The translations under genes and the position numbers were made by a program. A DNA stretch of 64,000 nt. Source: Oikopleura dioica (lineage: Eukaryota > Animalia > Chordata). The notes beneath the pieces are model-generated. The model made no database searches and had not been told where the DNA came from. It was given only the letters and a program-made list of their open reading frames with translations. The DNA lies in contig OU015566.1 in the NCBI GenBank assembly GCA_907165135.1, positions 10,168,001 to 10,232,000 of the forward strand. Reading direction: 5' to 3'. Positions 12,820 through 25,300 of the stretch are shown in pieces (within the stretch, counting starts at the first letter, position 1; every line of letters begins with the position of its first letter).

Positions 12820-15800
12820 ATGGGCTGGAAAAGTATAGCCTTATGGCTACATTTAGCGAACAGTTGGACCTTGACGACCGAGAAAATCAGCGAAAACGAA
12901 CTCTACGACCAGTAAGTTGATGAATTGGGAGGGGATGAGTCGGTTAGATTTACGATTAATCGGAAATGCGGTTTGATTCCTCGCGACATATAAAATGATA
13001 GTTACTTAGAATCCTGTTTCCGGGCCCGCCTTCCTTTCCGGGGAAATAGTTATAGAAAAACAGATGATCGATAAAATACGAATCGATCAGTGGTCCGTCA
13101 GCTTTCGGGGTAGGGCTCCTCACACCCGAGCATAGTTTTTGATGTGCGATTTTGTCACCCCGACCCCCTGCCATGTGCGGATGGATTTGCGGCTTTCTGA
13201 AGGTGATTTGGGCGGCGTTTTGGTGACGATTCTGATTGAAAATTTTGACCGAGACATTTTTCGGGGAGGAAACTCGAGCTTGATCGAGAAGTAGCTAGGT
13301 CAAGCGTGGCGAATTCAGTTCCAACCGGTTGCCCGCCCAGACCGAAGCAAGTTGAAGGCCAGTCATCCGGAACGACCTTCCAAGTGTTCGCTCTTTTCGT
13401 GATAGCGATCTTTAATCGCGCCCAATTATTTCAAAAAAGTATTAGCTACAGTGAATTCCTTTGTTGAGAGCTTTAATAGGGCTATCATTAGTTCCATTAT
13501 ATACTCGATGTCATTAGTTATTTATTGAAAAATATGTGATGTCGGAAAACGAAACGCGTAGGAAAAAAAGTTTGCTTGAAATCCCGGACAGGAAATAAAC
13601 AAAATCGACACTTCAAAGTACCCAAATATGTTGTTTACCGGGCGGCACTTCAACCCCAAAGTGGTTTGCCTTTCCTTTTTCCTAAATCATAGTTGCCGCG
13701 TTTTGCAATTCTAAATGCAATACAGCTTCATAACATCGCTTTTAGGGACTCTGGCGAATACATAAAAATCTTCTCGTCGAAAGGTGCTGATCAATACAAA
13801 ATTTCTGGAGTCGATTCTGGACCGTTCTATGTCGAATCAAGGAGAGATGAAACTTTGTGCAGTGACAATGTCTGCGGAATCCTGTGGCTCAAACGAGGAA
13901 TCAGGCTGGATAGAGAAGAGAAAGACTCGTATAAAGTAACATGTGAGTTAATTACGAGTTTATTGCTGTCTTTAGCGCTATAATTTGCTCCTGCAGGAGT
14001 AATTGCAAGACTTGATTTTTGCTTTTTCAAGTTTGAAAAAGGCAGGATTCTCGTCGCCTGTAAAATGATAAGCGTTTTTCTATTGCCCCTCACGCTTTTG
14101 ATGAATAAAAATCAATCGTCAAGCAAGCGATAACGCTTCAATTTAGTGACGGCATTAGACAGAAACGGCAACCAGGTAGAAGAGGACACCCTTACTATCG
14201 AAGTTCTTGATGAAAACGACAACGCTCCAATCTTTACCGCTGCATCTTCCAAACTTCAATGCGATGAAAGCACTCGAACTGGCGGCAGCTGTGGAAAAGT
14301 CGAAGCAATCGATGCTGACGCTGGAAACGCTGGCGAAGTCGAATACAGACTTCTGCCCAACCAGGAGACATGGAAAAGACGAGGCGGCGATCTGGAGACC
14401 AAGAGCATGGGAATCTTCAACATCAACAGTGAAACTGGTGAGATCACGCTGAACAATCCCGGCCCTTCTTATTGGGACGCTGAATCGTACGAATTCGTCG
14501 AGATCGAAGTAACTGCTCAGGAATGGCTCACAAATTGGCAACTTTGATCGATCGTTTGTGTTTTATATATCGTGACAAATTTAATGCAATCGGAGCGTGG
14601 CCATCGCCGCCCGTGGAACCCTTCATCCCCTTAATTTTGGATCTGAGATCGATGACACGATCTTATTTCCCAAGCTCTCTAAGCTGGGACAGTAGGCATA
14701 TTTTTAAGGCCGAGCTTAGACAGCTGTCCATGTCTTGTAATCCCCTACGCGGCCTGTTGTCCATTCTCACCTATGATTTGAAACTTCAGTTTACTCATTA
14801 CACTTAGTGAGCCAAATTAGGATGCACCTGGTAAATCAGCGCGAAATCCTCCAGTCACCGAAAAGATCACCATCTACATCAAAGACGTCAACGATAACCC
14901 TCCTCGAATCGTTGACTATGAAAAGGTCATCAAAGTCGGCGAGCTGAAACCAGTCGGTTCGGCGATTGGAACCGAAAATTTCGGCGGCAAGTACTCTTTC
15001 CGAGCTACTGATGCGGTAAGATATACAAGCAGTCGAATTTCAGGCTAACATAGAATTAAGGATGTCGACCCAGAAAACAACCGTGTTACCTTCCGGCTCA
15101 AGTCTGAATCTAGCCCCTTTGAGATTGTGAACAAAGATGATAACACAGCCTTTCTCCAAATCGCGAAACCCGGTCTCGACTTCGAAACCCAGAAGCGATG
15201 GACCATCGAGGTCGTCGCTGAGAACGAAGACGCTGCTGATCGGGGCAAAGATGCCAACTTTGCTATCACGATTGATGTTTTGGATGAAAACGAGCCCCCA
15301 ATTTGGGACGATACTAACATCATCTTCAAAGAAGGAGACACGAACGGAGCCAAATCGCTGCGAGACAACCCACGAGCGAAGGATTTAGACTTTGGTGGAA
15401 AATCTCCTGTTACTTATCGAATCACCAAGGACCCTCTTGGATTCTTCGATGTTGATCGCAACTCTGGGACTCTTACATATGTCCACGTAAGTTCAAAACA
15501 AAAGGGTCAGTTATAATACTTTGCTTCAGGCTGCTCCACTAGATCGAGAATGTGAATCGCCAGCTTGCAACTACAGGAATGGAACCTACGCTCTCGAGCT
15601 CGAAGCCTGCGATGATGAGAACCTCTGTGCCAAGAAAACCCACTACATCTTCATCGAAGACATCAACGACGAGGGACCACGAATCGAATACAACGAACCC
15701 GTCTGCAACATCCTCGATTCTGGCTCCTATGTCGTTATCAAGGGCTCCACCGACGTAAGTCTAACTACAGTATTAACGGAAACAAGATCGCACTACTTGA

Positions 15801-18328
15801 GTAGTTTCGATCGCGTCCAGTTTTATATTTCATCCAAGTTTGTTTTTTTATCTGGAAATCTGACTAGTAAATAGACCAATTTAAATCTTACAAAAACTCA
15901 CATTCTGCTTTTAGCTGAAAGCTATCGACCGTGATGACTGCAAAAAGGACCACTGTGGTCCTTTCAATATCAAAATCGTTGGCCAGTATAGCAAGAAGTT
16001 CGACTTGTACAAAAAGGACGATGACACTTATCAACTTCGGTAGGACACGTTCAGTGGTTTTCTTATAATAAATGTGGTTTACAGATACATTCCGCAAAAG
16101 TCCCTCCCTGTGGGAGAAACGATGCACATCCAAGTAAGCGGCACCGACCACGAAGGAAACAAGCAAGACTCCGTCATCACTCTCAACGTCTGCAGGTGAG
16201 CCTTTATACAAATTGGGTTAGTCCCTACTGGACAGGGGTGGACTTTCATTTATTTTTTGTTCGGCCATGCATAAATTTCTCCCGCCAGGTCCGTGGTGGT
16301 GTCGGTGTAGTAAGGGGGAAAGATCACCGAAGCGTGACTCAACGGGCGGTAATCTGCGGTCTTATTCACCACCACATGATGAGGCTTGTTTCGGAAATAG
16401 CACCCTTCGAAATGCGATTTAGATAGTTTTTTCTACCAACAAATAATTGAATTTTGCTCTTTCCATTGATTTAATTTCCGATAGCGTGTTAATTTTGGCA
16501 AGTAGCAATGCTTTCTTTCTGAATATCGCCACCCCATCGCGCTCAATAATTCATTTTATCACTGAGACTCGCTGAAACTTGCCAATTAGGATTATAGCTT
16601 GAGGAAATCAGGCCTAGAAGCTTATCCGGATAGACGCTTGGCGAAAGCAACAGGGTGTAAAATCGGTGAAATTTGAGTCCGCCTAAATTTAGAAAGCTAA
16701 TCTCATTGCCGTTGATTCCTTGACACATCTCTCCCTGCTGTTCTCAGGGGAGCTGACTGAGCTGGATCGCACCGATATCGGAGCTAATCTTTAGATCTGT
16801 CAACCTGTCGGGGGCATATGGCCCTTCTTGTCGATAGAAACCAACGTCTCTCCAAAAAAAATTCCCCATTTTTTCCGTATCAATTTTTAACCAGCTCAAT
16901 GTCGATAAATTCCATGGTTTATTATTACCAGTCACGGTTGAATATTTTCTGTAAGGATTTTAATAACAATTAGAGTCACAAGCTCTGACAGGGCTGTTTT
17001 CAATTCGCCACAAAAGGGCAACCCGCTGTGTTAGACAAATGAATCCCTGACAGTGATCCCATCGAGTTTATCTTGTCTTGGTGCGGAAAGGGGTTATAAT
17101 AAATTAAAATATTTCACCCCAATTTCTTTCAACAAAGGCGGAATGCCTCCCTTTTACCAAATCCGGATGAGAGCTCAAAGGCGTTTTCTCACGGGCGCAT
17201 AATTTGGGTGGCTTTGAGGAATGTCTATAGCTTTTCCTCTAAAAATATGAACGTTCTAATAAACTATCGTAGTTGTCAAAAATCGAGTGACTCGCCAACC
17301 GTGGCTTGCCCTGTCGTTGCGACGTCGGGCTTTCCATGGTGGTGGTTCTTTGTTATGGCCGCGCTTCTTATCATTTTGGGTAAAAACCAGTTTTGCTTTT
17401 TGCATTTTAGTTCCTTTACTAACCTCTCAATCGAGTGCTTGCTGTGATTCACTAACTAACCCTAATCCTAGATGCAAATCTGCTTTCGACGAAGCTGATT
17501 GTGGCTTTGACGAGGCCATCGCTGCAGGAGGAGGGGTTGTCGGCCCCTTCTTGGCCATTGTTATGGCAGTTATCGTCATTACCTGTGAGTGTGATTACTA
17601 AAATCTCTTAGCTTTTTACTAAACAAAGGCTTTGCATGATTTATTCTTTTACTTTGAAACCAGTTCTCCTTGTTCATTATAATTTTAGCAATCGTCGTTT
17701 TGCTCATCTTCATCAAAATGAGACGACAGCCTGAAAAGGCTGATGCTCTTATCGATGACGTCGATGATGAACGTGCCAACATCATGGCTTACCACCACGA
17801 AGGTGGTGGAGAAGAGGACCAGGTAAAGATTAATTACTTTAACTTTCCTTTGTTTCGCGACTTTTCATGTCTAACATCAAAAATTAGACCGATTATGATC
17901 CTGAATCCCTCGTTCGCGCCAAGCACCAGAAGAACTCGTTAATGAAGACTCGTCCCGTCAAACCCAGCCTCCTCGGCCCTGGAATTCCTCCAGAAGACAT
18001 TGGTCAATACATCAACGCGGTTAGTTGGCCCCTTGACCCGCATTTATTTGACACATGTTTTAGGCAAAGGGTCAAGCAGATGAAGATCCAAGTTCACCTC
18101 CATATGACTCGCTGCTCACCTTTGACTACGAAGGAGGCAACTCCATCTGTGGCGATTTATCCGAAATTGCTTCGAATGCTTCTGATTACGACGATGTAAG
18201 ATAGAATCACCAAAACTGATTCAAACTTTATTACTTAGGACATGAACCTGGACAACTGGAGCTCGCCGAAATTCCGCAAATTGGCAGATCTTTACGCCGG
18301 CCGTGAAAATGATGCCTACGATGGATGA
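12820..18328 (+). CDS. classical cadherin (5 EC domains, TM, p120- and beta-catenin-binding tail)
   Basis: Signal exon [16 protein letters not shown]; EC motifs [33 protein letters not shown]; cytoplasmic [34 protein letters not shown]; stop TGA at 18326-18328. Confidence 0.92.
14521..14820 (+). other. non-canonical GA-AG intron in cadherin EC2
   Basis: GCT CAG|GAATGG...TTAG|GAT GCA joins EIEVTAQ to [18 protein letters not shown] in frame. Confidence 0.8.
17273..17379 (+). other. cadherin alternative juxtamembrane/TM exon A
   Basis: AG|t..g|GT boundaries, 107 nt, phase 2 to phase 1. Encodes [35 protein letters not shown]. Confidence 0.8.
17472..17584 (+). other. cadherin alternative juxtamembrane/TM exon B
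   Basis: AG|a..t|GT boundaries, 113 nt, phase 2 to phase 1. Encodes [37 protein letters not shown]. Confidence 0.85.
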
Positions 18329-18982
18329 ATACCCTATCCGCCCAAAAACCTAATTAAATGAATATAAAGCTGAACCGGTCGAATACCTGATTACCAGTGT
18401 GCCTTCAAAATCGTCAAAAACAACGACCGCAACAATCCAACAACCACAATGCGCCAGAAACAAACAAAAACGTTTCATTGTGATTGCATAATCTATTATA
18501 TTGTGAATAGCCAGTCGTTACCTTTCATTGTTCAAAAAACTTCTACCCCACAATATCGTACCCCCACTCGAACCAACCAAAAGCTCCTTCTGAATTCCGA
18601 TCCACAAAATCTGCTTTCCTCATGCTCAGAAAACGAGCGAAATGAGGCCTTTCAAATAACAAAATTCTGCTTTCCGTATTTTTTTCAATTACCAATAATA
18701 CTTCTGCTATTTGGAGCATCATTTTGCATCCAAAATGGTGCCAAAATATTTTTTCCTTACTACGCTGAGTTCAAGCCACCTGATATTTTGTAAGCTTTAC
18801 TTGCTTGAAGGTAGATTTTTAATTGAATATATTGACGAGCAAGTCGAGTTTTATTTTTAGAAATAATTCTCTGTACAAAGCATTAAAGTCCTTTATTTCT
18901 GCGAATTTCGCATAAACAGTCTTTCAAATAAATTGAATAAACAGCATAAAGAAAACATTGTCGTCGTATTTTATTCGTTTGC

Positions 18983-19883
18983 TTATCGCGCCATTCGTCG
19001 GCCAATAACTGCTCCAGCGAGAGCATTGTCGTTTCTAGCACCGATAGCTGCGCCCAGAAGAGCACCACGGTTAGATCTTTGAGCTTCGGCGGCTTCAAGC
19101 TCAGCTTGACTTGGCCCTGTTTGGACGATGACTTTGTTGGGTTAACGAAAATTCACGAAGAAATATAATTTCAATTGCTTTTATTTTAACCCTTTTCTAT
19201 GTCGCCAGCTTGCTGAGGAGGCGCAGGCTGTGGCGGAGGAACTTGTTGGTAAGTCTGCTGGTAACCTGGGTGTGGTGGGTAGCCAGGATAAGGTTGGGCA
19301 GGAGGTTGTTGATATCCAGGATGAGGAGGATAGCCTGGCTGAGCTGGTGGATAACCTGGGTAGCCAGGTTGCTGAGGAGGATAACCTGGTTGCTGAGGAG
19401 GATAGCCAGCATGCTGAGGTGGGTAGGGTGCTGGAGCAGCCTGTGGAGGAGTCTGTTGCTGAATAACTGGGGCACAGACAATCACGTTGGGCTCCGCAGG
19501 TGGAGCAGATGCAACTTCAGCTTCTTGAGCTTCAATTTGTGAGGCTTCGAGGGCCTTTCTAGTGTCCTCTTCGAATTGACGATCGGCTTCTTCCTGGGCC
19601 TTTCGCCGTTCTTCTTGCTCTTAGAATTTTATGGGTTGAAGTTTCAAAATAATAGAAAACCTTGAGCCTCCTTTTCCTCTTGTTCCTTTCTTGCTTGTTC
19701 CTCGGCCTCTTTCTGCGCTTGTTCTTCTGCTTCCTTCTGAGCCTGCTCTTCGGCTTCAGCTTTCTCCTGCTCTTCACAAGCAGCCTCGTCTTTCGCAGCT
19801 TTCTTTTTCTCTTTCTTGTCTTTTCGTTTATCAAAAACAGCCTTGGCGGCACCGCCGACAGCTAATGCACCGAGAAGACCCAT
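18983..19883 (-). CDS. orphan protein: Gly-rich N-terminus, charged coiled coil, UIM-like motif, PGYP repeats, Gly-zipper-like C-terminus (3 exons)
   Basis: MGLLGALAVGGAAKA..EEQAQKEAEEQ, 41-nt GT-AG intron (19620-19660), EEDTRKALEASQIE..(PPQQPGY)n..DIEK, ~59-nt intron, VIVQTGP..GALLGAAIGA..ALAGAVIGRRMAR*. TTTAG lies just upstream of the ATG. Confidence 0.75.
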
Positions 19884-20182
19884 TTTTCCTAAAGTGTATG
19901 TGTTAGATTTGAATGAAAGATCATGCGATGGGACGTGGTATTTATACAAAATTGTTAGCAAATTTGCATAGAATGATTACTGACTGTCACAAGAATGCAT
20001 TAAAGGAATTAGTCATTATTTTTATGTCGTAGGACGAGTCTCGTTTGTTTTCTGACATTGAAAAATGCTCGACTCAGATTTGTGCCTTACTCAGAGATTT
20101 TCCGTTATGAAATATATATTTATTGTACTTAGTAGACATAGTGAAGTAGTTTTGCAGGTTAGGTTTGGATAAAATACGGTAT

Positions 20183-21986
20183 CTATCGGTAATCAGAGTC
20201 ATCATCCTCATCTTCAGAATCTTCATCACTGTTTTGGTCGGAAAAGTCGTTTAGGTTATTTGACGGATATCCTTGGGAGATCTTCCACTGGTAAACTCGA
20301 CATTGAGGCAAAATCTCATTTTTCAAAAGCTGAGGAAAGTTAATTTAGTCAGTAGATAATGACGTTTTACCGATCCAAAAGTGCCATAAGGGCATGCCCC
20401 TCCAGCATCAGCCATGTATTTGGCGAACTTTGGCCAGTCGATATCATTTGGCCAGTATTTTCTGTCATCTTTGCCACTGTAAGTGAACCGAGTCTTATCC
20501 GCTTGGTTGATACACTCTTTGATATTTTCTTTCTTGTCACAATAAGATCGGATTATTTTTAATCTAAAGTCAGCATTAGATTTGTCTACTGCTAAGAAAG
20601 TGTTACCTTCGAGTATCGATTTCCATATTTTCTTTCCATAAAGTTTTTCAACTTGCTCGTCAAAAGAGCTGTTGAAATGGTGATACATTTCCATGTCGTA
20701 ATTATTGAACTGGTAGAATCGTGCTTTCTGTTTTGTCGAAAATTGAACTTCGTCGTGTGTTTTTACTTTTTTGGCTGGACGTAGAGATCCATGAAGTCCA
20801 TGCAGAGTAATTTTCGCATAACCAGAATACTCTCTGCGAATTTTTCCGTTATCATGACGAAATCCATCGCCTTTGTAAACTGATCAAGGTCAGAGTTGAA
20901 GTTCGGCCCAGCATCGAGTCCCATTTCGAAGGTCTGAAAGTTTCGTGCTCGGAAGCTCCAGGGAAGTGAAGCGTTGTAGCATTCTATAAAAATGACATCA
21001 TCATTGGTTCCTGAAACACGTGTAAGTCCCACCTGGTATACAATCCATGTACTTTTCGAAATGCTCGCCGGCTTTTCCTAGCATCGCGAGAAATGGCTGA
21101 CCTTCACAGGCCAAGTTACAAGCATGATCAACCATTCCACTTTCTCTCTTGTACGATCCGTAAAAGAAGTCGAATACAGATTTGTAATGACTAAGAGGCT
21201 CGCGAATCGAGGTCAGGAAAATTGTATCATCGTGCGTTACTGATCGAACTGCAGACTCATCCCAGCGGAAATGGTTGAAAATGATGTCGTATTTGTCGGT
21301 CTGAAAGAATATTTAAGGTCAGACGATTAGCTAACCGGATAATGCTAATAGCAATTGAATCCTATTAGCATCAGAATATCTCATCGTTTCTAAAACTTTA
21401 CCTGTGGTGGAGCAACAAACTCAGGCTTAAACTTTCCAGGATATCCTCCAACAAAGGATGCGAGAGGCTTTGATGCGGCATAAAGTTTATGCTTCTTCTT
21501 GAATCGATTGAGGATTTCAAAGATAGTTGAGCTCGCACATTTGTGCTTTTTGAGAAAGACAATATGACGATGTGGCCTGCATGTTCGCGCTGATTCTTCG
21601 TGGGTTATTCCGAGGTTGGAAAGAAGCTCTGGGATTGTATTGAAAAACGATGAAAATGATTATGTCTGACCTTGAATAGAGCTAGCATCTAACAACAGGT
21701 CTTCAATAGACCGGCTGTACCAAGCTGGATAGCCTTCAGAATCAACTTCGCCTTCTACAGCTACTGGAATCGGATCATTCAGAAAATACTTATTCTTTCC
21801 ATTGTCTAGTCTAAGAATATCAGGGTCAAAGTTTGGATCATCTTCTACTGCTCTTTGAAGGTTCCCGATCAAAAGAAGCTAAATATTTTTGACTGGAAAT
21901 TCTAGCGCAAGGTAACAAACCATAAAAAGCACCAAAAGCAGGACATAATTTAGAACTGGCCGTTTCTCTACGTTTTCCATCAGCAT
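20183..21986 (-). CDS. galactose-3-O-sulfotransferase family, type II membrane protein
   Basis: N-terminal TM (VLNYVLLLVLFM|LLLIG); PAPS motif IVFLKKHKCASSTI; HFRWDE; FLTSIREPLSHYKSVF; FRARNFQTFEMG; MDFVMITEKFAESILVMRKLLC. These are GAL3ST family hallmarks. Confidence 0.85.
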
Positions 21987-22375
21987 AAAAATGTTTTTCT
22001 GAACTTATTCCAGCTCTTGTAACGAGTGAGTCAATATGCGTATCGGGTTCTCATTTAGCGGTCTTTTGCAAAATCCACCGGTCGTTTAGTGTTTCCCCGC
22101 TGATCGCAACAGTGTGACGCTCCCCCTGGCTGTTTAGTGGGAAAGTGCGCAAGCAGAAGGATGAAAATTTTCCCTTCTGTGTCGTTTCAGATATCCGAGC
22201 GTATTAGATGTCCTTATATTAAGACTTAGGGCTCGTCTGTTTTTAATTTGGGTATTTTATTTACAGTTCGAAAAAATAGCTGTATAAAAATCTTCAGTAA
22301 ATAAATCAGCACAGAAATTTAAGTTATTACATGATATATTATTGCCAATAAATTATTGGGATGTGAAGCCCATTA

Positions 22376-25300
22376 TTAATTTTCATCTGAGAAGTATATT
22401 CCAATAAAGTCTTCTGATCCTTCATGGTCGGTAACCCAGCCCGCTTCGTCAGACGGGTCCATGTCTTTGTTGCAGTTGTTTGTATGACAGCATTGATGAC
22501 AAGTGGACGTGGTTCGCAAAGATGGGAAACATTGTTGGGCTGCTCGAACGAGGAAGTTCTGCTTTTTATTATTGTAGCAAGCAACAGCAGCCTTGCAACC
22601 CATATTGATTGTGACGACCTTAAATAATTCGTAAAAATGCAATGACTGGAGGTAAATTAACCTGGAAAGCTGGGTTATCTGGATCTGGTTTAAGGTTATC
22701 TGGGCCGGAATAAACATTTCCGTCGAGATAAACTTCGTCTTCGAAGGCAGACATATTCATAAAGTTCTTTTGCGTAGTGATGAAGCATGAGTCCTGTTCC
22801 TTGGCGCAGAATTGTTCCTTACCCTGAGATCTGCATTCTTCGTAAGTTTTGGCATTGACACACTAAACATTTTTTTTGCTGGATGAAACTGACTAAAAAG
22901 ACTTACGCTCCAGCAGCTTGTCTGTGGCTCGCCAGTTCGCTCAGCAAAACGCGGGAAGGCCCATTTATGCTGAGATGGTTCGAGCTCATCGATAATGATC
23001 TTGCCAGTATCTGGGTCTCGCTCGTAGAATGTTCCACGGTCTAAAACACTCATAGCATCAGCAACTAGAGAGTACAACTAACCATATTCCATATCGTCAT
23101 CGTCCATGAGAATAACAGCTCGTTGCTTGCCCCAGTTTGCTCGGACATTGTGTTCAGACTCAACTCCAAGAGCTTGCTTGAGCAAAGCATACTTAGCCTG
23201 AGGCGTGAGATATTTGACCAGTTGAGGGGGGCACACCCTCGAATGGTTTGATCGATGTGACCCATTCTGGCGAGTCGAAAGCCTCAGTTCGATCTTCGTT
23301 GAAGTCAAATCCGGTTCCGCGGAAGTCATCGTCAGATGTCTCAAATGCTGGTCGATTTTCAGAGAACGAGGATGAGAATGAAGAGTCAAATTCAGGAGCG
23401 TTGTTGACGTAATTGTCGGTGAAGAATGACACAGCATCCTTGTGAATAGGCGAAACAGATCCTTTCACGAGTTTTATTTTCAAATATTTGGGCAAAAAAG
23501 CCAAAATGTAAGAAAAAGTCGTTTTGTATCAATTTATGAATAAAAAACTCATTCCTGTATTGAAGTCTTCTTCCTCTGCAACTGGCATCATCTGCTTCCA
23601 CTTCTGATCAAAGTCTTCATAAGTGAAATAGAACTCAGTGTACCACTGCTCGACTTCCTGTGCCATAGCGCTCAAGTAATTTCCATATTGAAGTGCGGCT
23701 TCAATCGGTGCAATATCTCGGATAACTGGCATGGACGGGAAATTGATCTGCTCTGGTTTAATAGGAACAAATCTATCCTCTGTCTTTGCAAGCTCATCGT
23801 TGATCATGTAAGAGACTTTCTCTGCAACGAGATCGTAGATTCCTTGCGCTTGAGCCTTGATATCCTCCTTCCATGCTTGGATGGCGCCATAGTTGTAGTG
23901 AATTTGTTGGAAATCGGGTTGTTTTGGAAGTTTTTCGAATTTGATATCGCCGATAGGTTTGCGGGTTGTTGTAGTTGTCGTTGTAGTCGTCGTTGTAGTT
24001 GTAGTCGTTGTGTATGGTACTCGAGTGGTGAAGATCTGATATCCTCTGGAATTCTTGTATTCGGTTGGATTGAAATCGATCTGCACGCCATGATCTCGCT
24101 CGTAATCGAGAACTGCTCTGAGATAAATATCCATAGTAGCATCGATTCGTTGCTGCTGGATTTTCAAACGGTTGTTGAAAAGCATTTTGTAATGCTCGTA
24201 TTGATAATGTGGTTCGTTAGGTCTCTGAGGGCGCATTTGGAATTTAGGTGGGAGGAATGGCGGCTGAAGGTCATCAGGAGGAGCGATGATTCCCGTATCA
24301 AATTCAAACACGAATGATTCCTTTTCGTCTGGTCTTTTGGACGAGTGGTTGGAGCTTTAGTTGTCTTCGAGTTCTGGTACTCGATCTGTGCATGATAGTA
24401 AACCTGCATATCTTCTTGGTATTTGAGCTCAGCTTCTTGCTTTGCCGCCATCCATTGTTGAAGTTTTTGAGAAAACTCATTCAAATAAGAGCTGTATCGG
24501 CTCGGAGATTCTCCAGCATACTTTGGTCTTCTTGTCGGCTGCGGTGGAAGGTTCAGTGTTGGCATTGGCATTGTAAATGGCTCTCGAGTTGTTGTAGCGT
24601 AACCTTCAGTTGTCGTGTAATCGACTGTAGGCGAGAGATTAGTTGTGTAGTCCCCTGTTGTTGTGATAATAGTCGTTTCAAAAGCAATGGTAGTCGCAAT
24701 AGTCGTTGTCGTATAATCTGGGAACTCAAAGTTCATCTCTTGGAGAAGCTCTCTCCATCTACTGAGCATCTCTCGGTATTTCTCAAGGTATTCTCTGTAT
24801 TCTTTACGAGATTCAGATTTCTTCTTTCCACGGCGGACTGGTCGAGGAGGAAGAACAGATACAGCATCATCATCAAGTCCCGAAACAAGCTCGTCAAGTT
24901 CACCGAGCTCAAGGTCGATCAAATTATCAAGCCAGTCATCGGAGGCATCTTCAGAGTTAGCACTTGAGATCTTGTCGAAGTCTTCAGTTCGCTCAGCTTC
25001 GTCAGTTGGATCATAACATGAAAGAATCTGCTTTTCGTCAACCTCGACAAAGCTCTCTTCAAGGCCTTCTCGGCACTGACATGTGTAGGAGCCAGGAATA
25101 TTGACGCACAGCACTTGATAGATGTCATCATGCCGGCAATCATCATCAAGAGCAAGTGCGCATTCGTCGATATCCACACATTTGCCACCAAACATCTCGT
25201 AGCCTTCCTCGCATTGGCACTGGTACGATCCAGGCAAGTTGACGCAAATTTGATTGTCTCCCAAACATGAAGTCGTGAGATCACATTCGTTGATATCTTC

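Noticed and set aside
23078-23080. In-frame TAG suggesting stop-codon readthrough
   Set aside because: It lies inside a 42-nt GT-AG intron (TAT G|GTTAGT...TTTTAG|AC CGT) of typical size.
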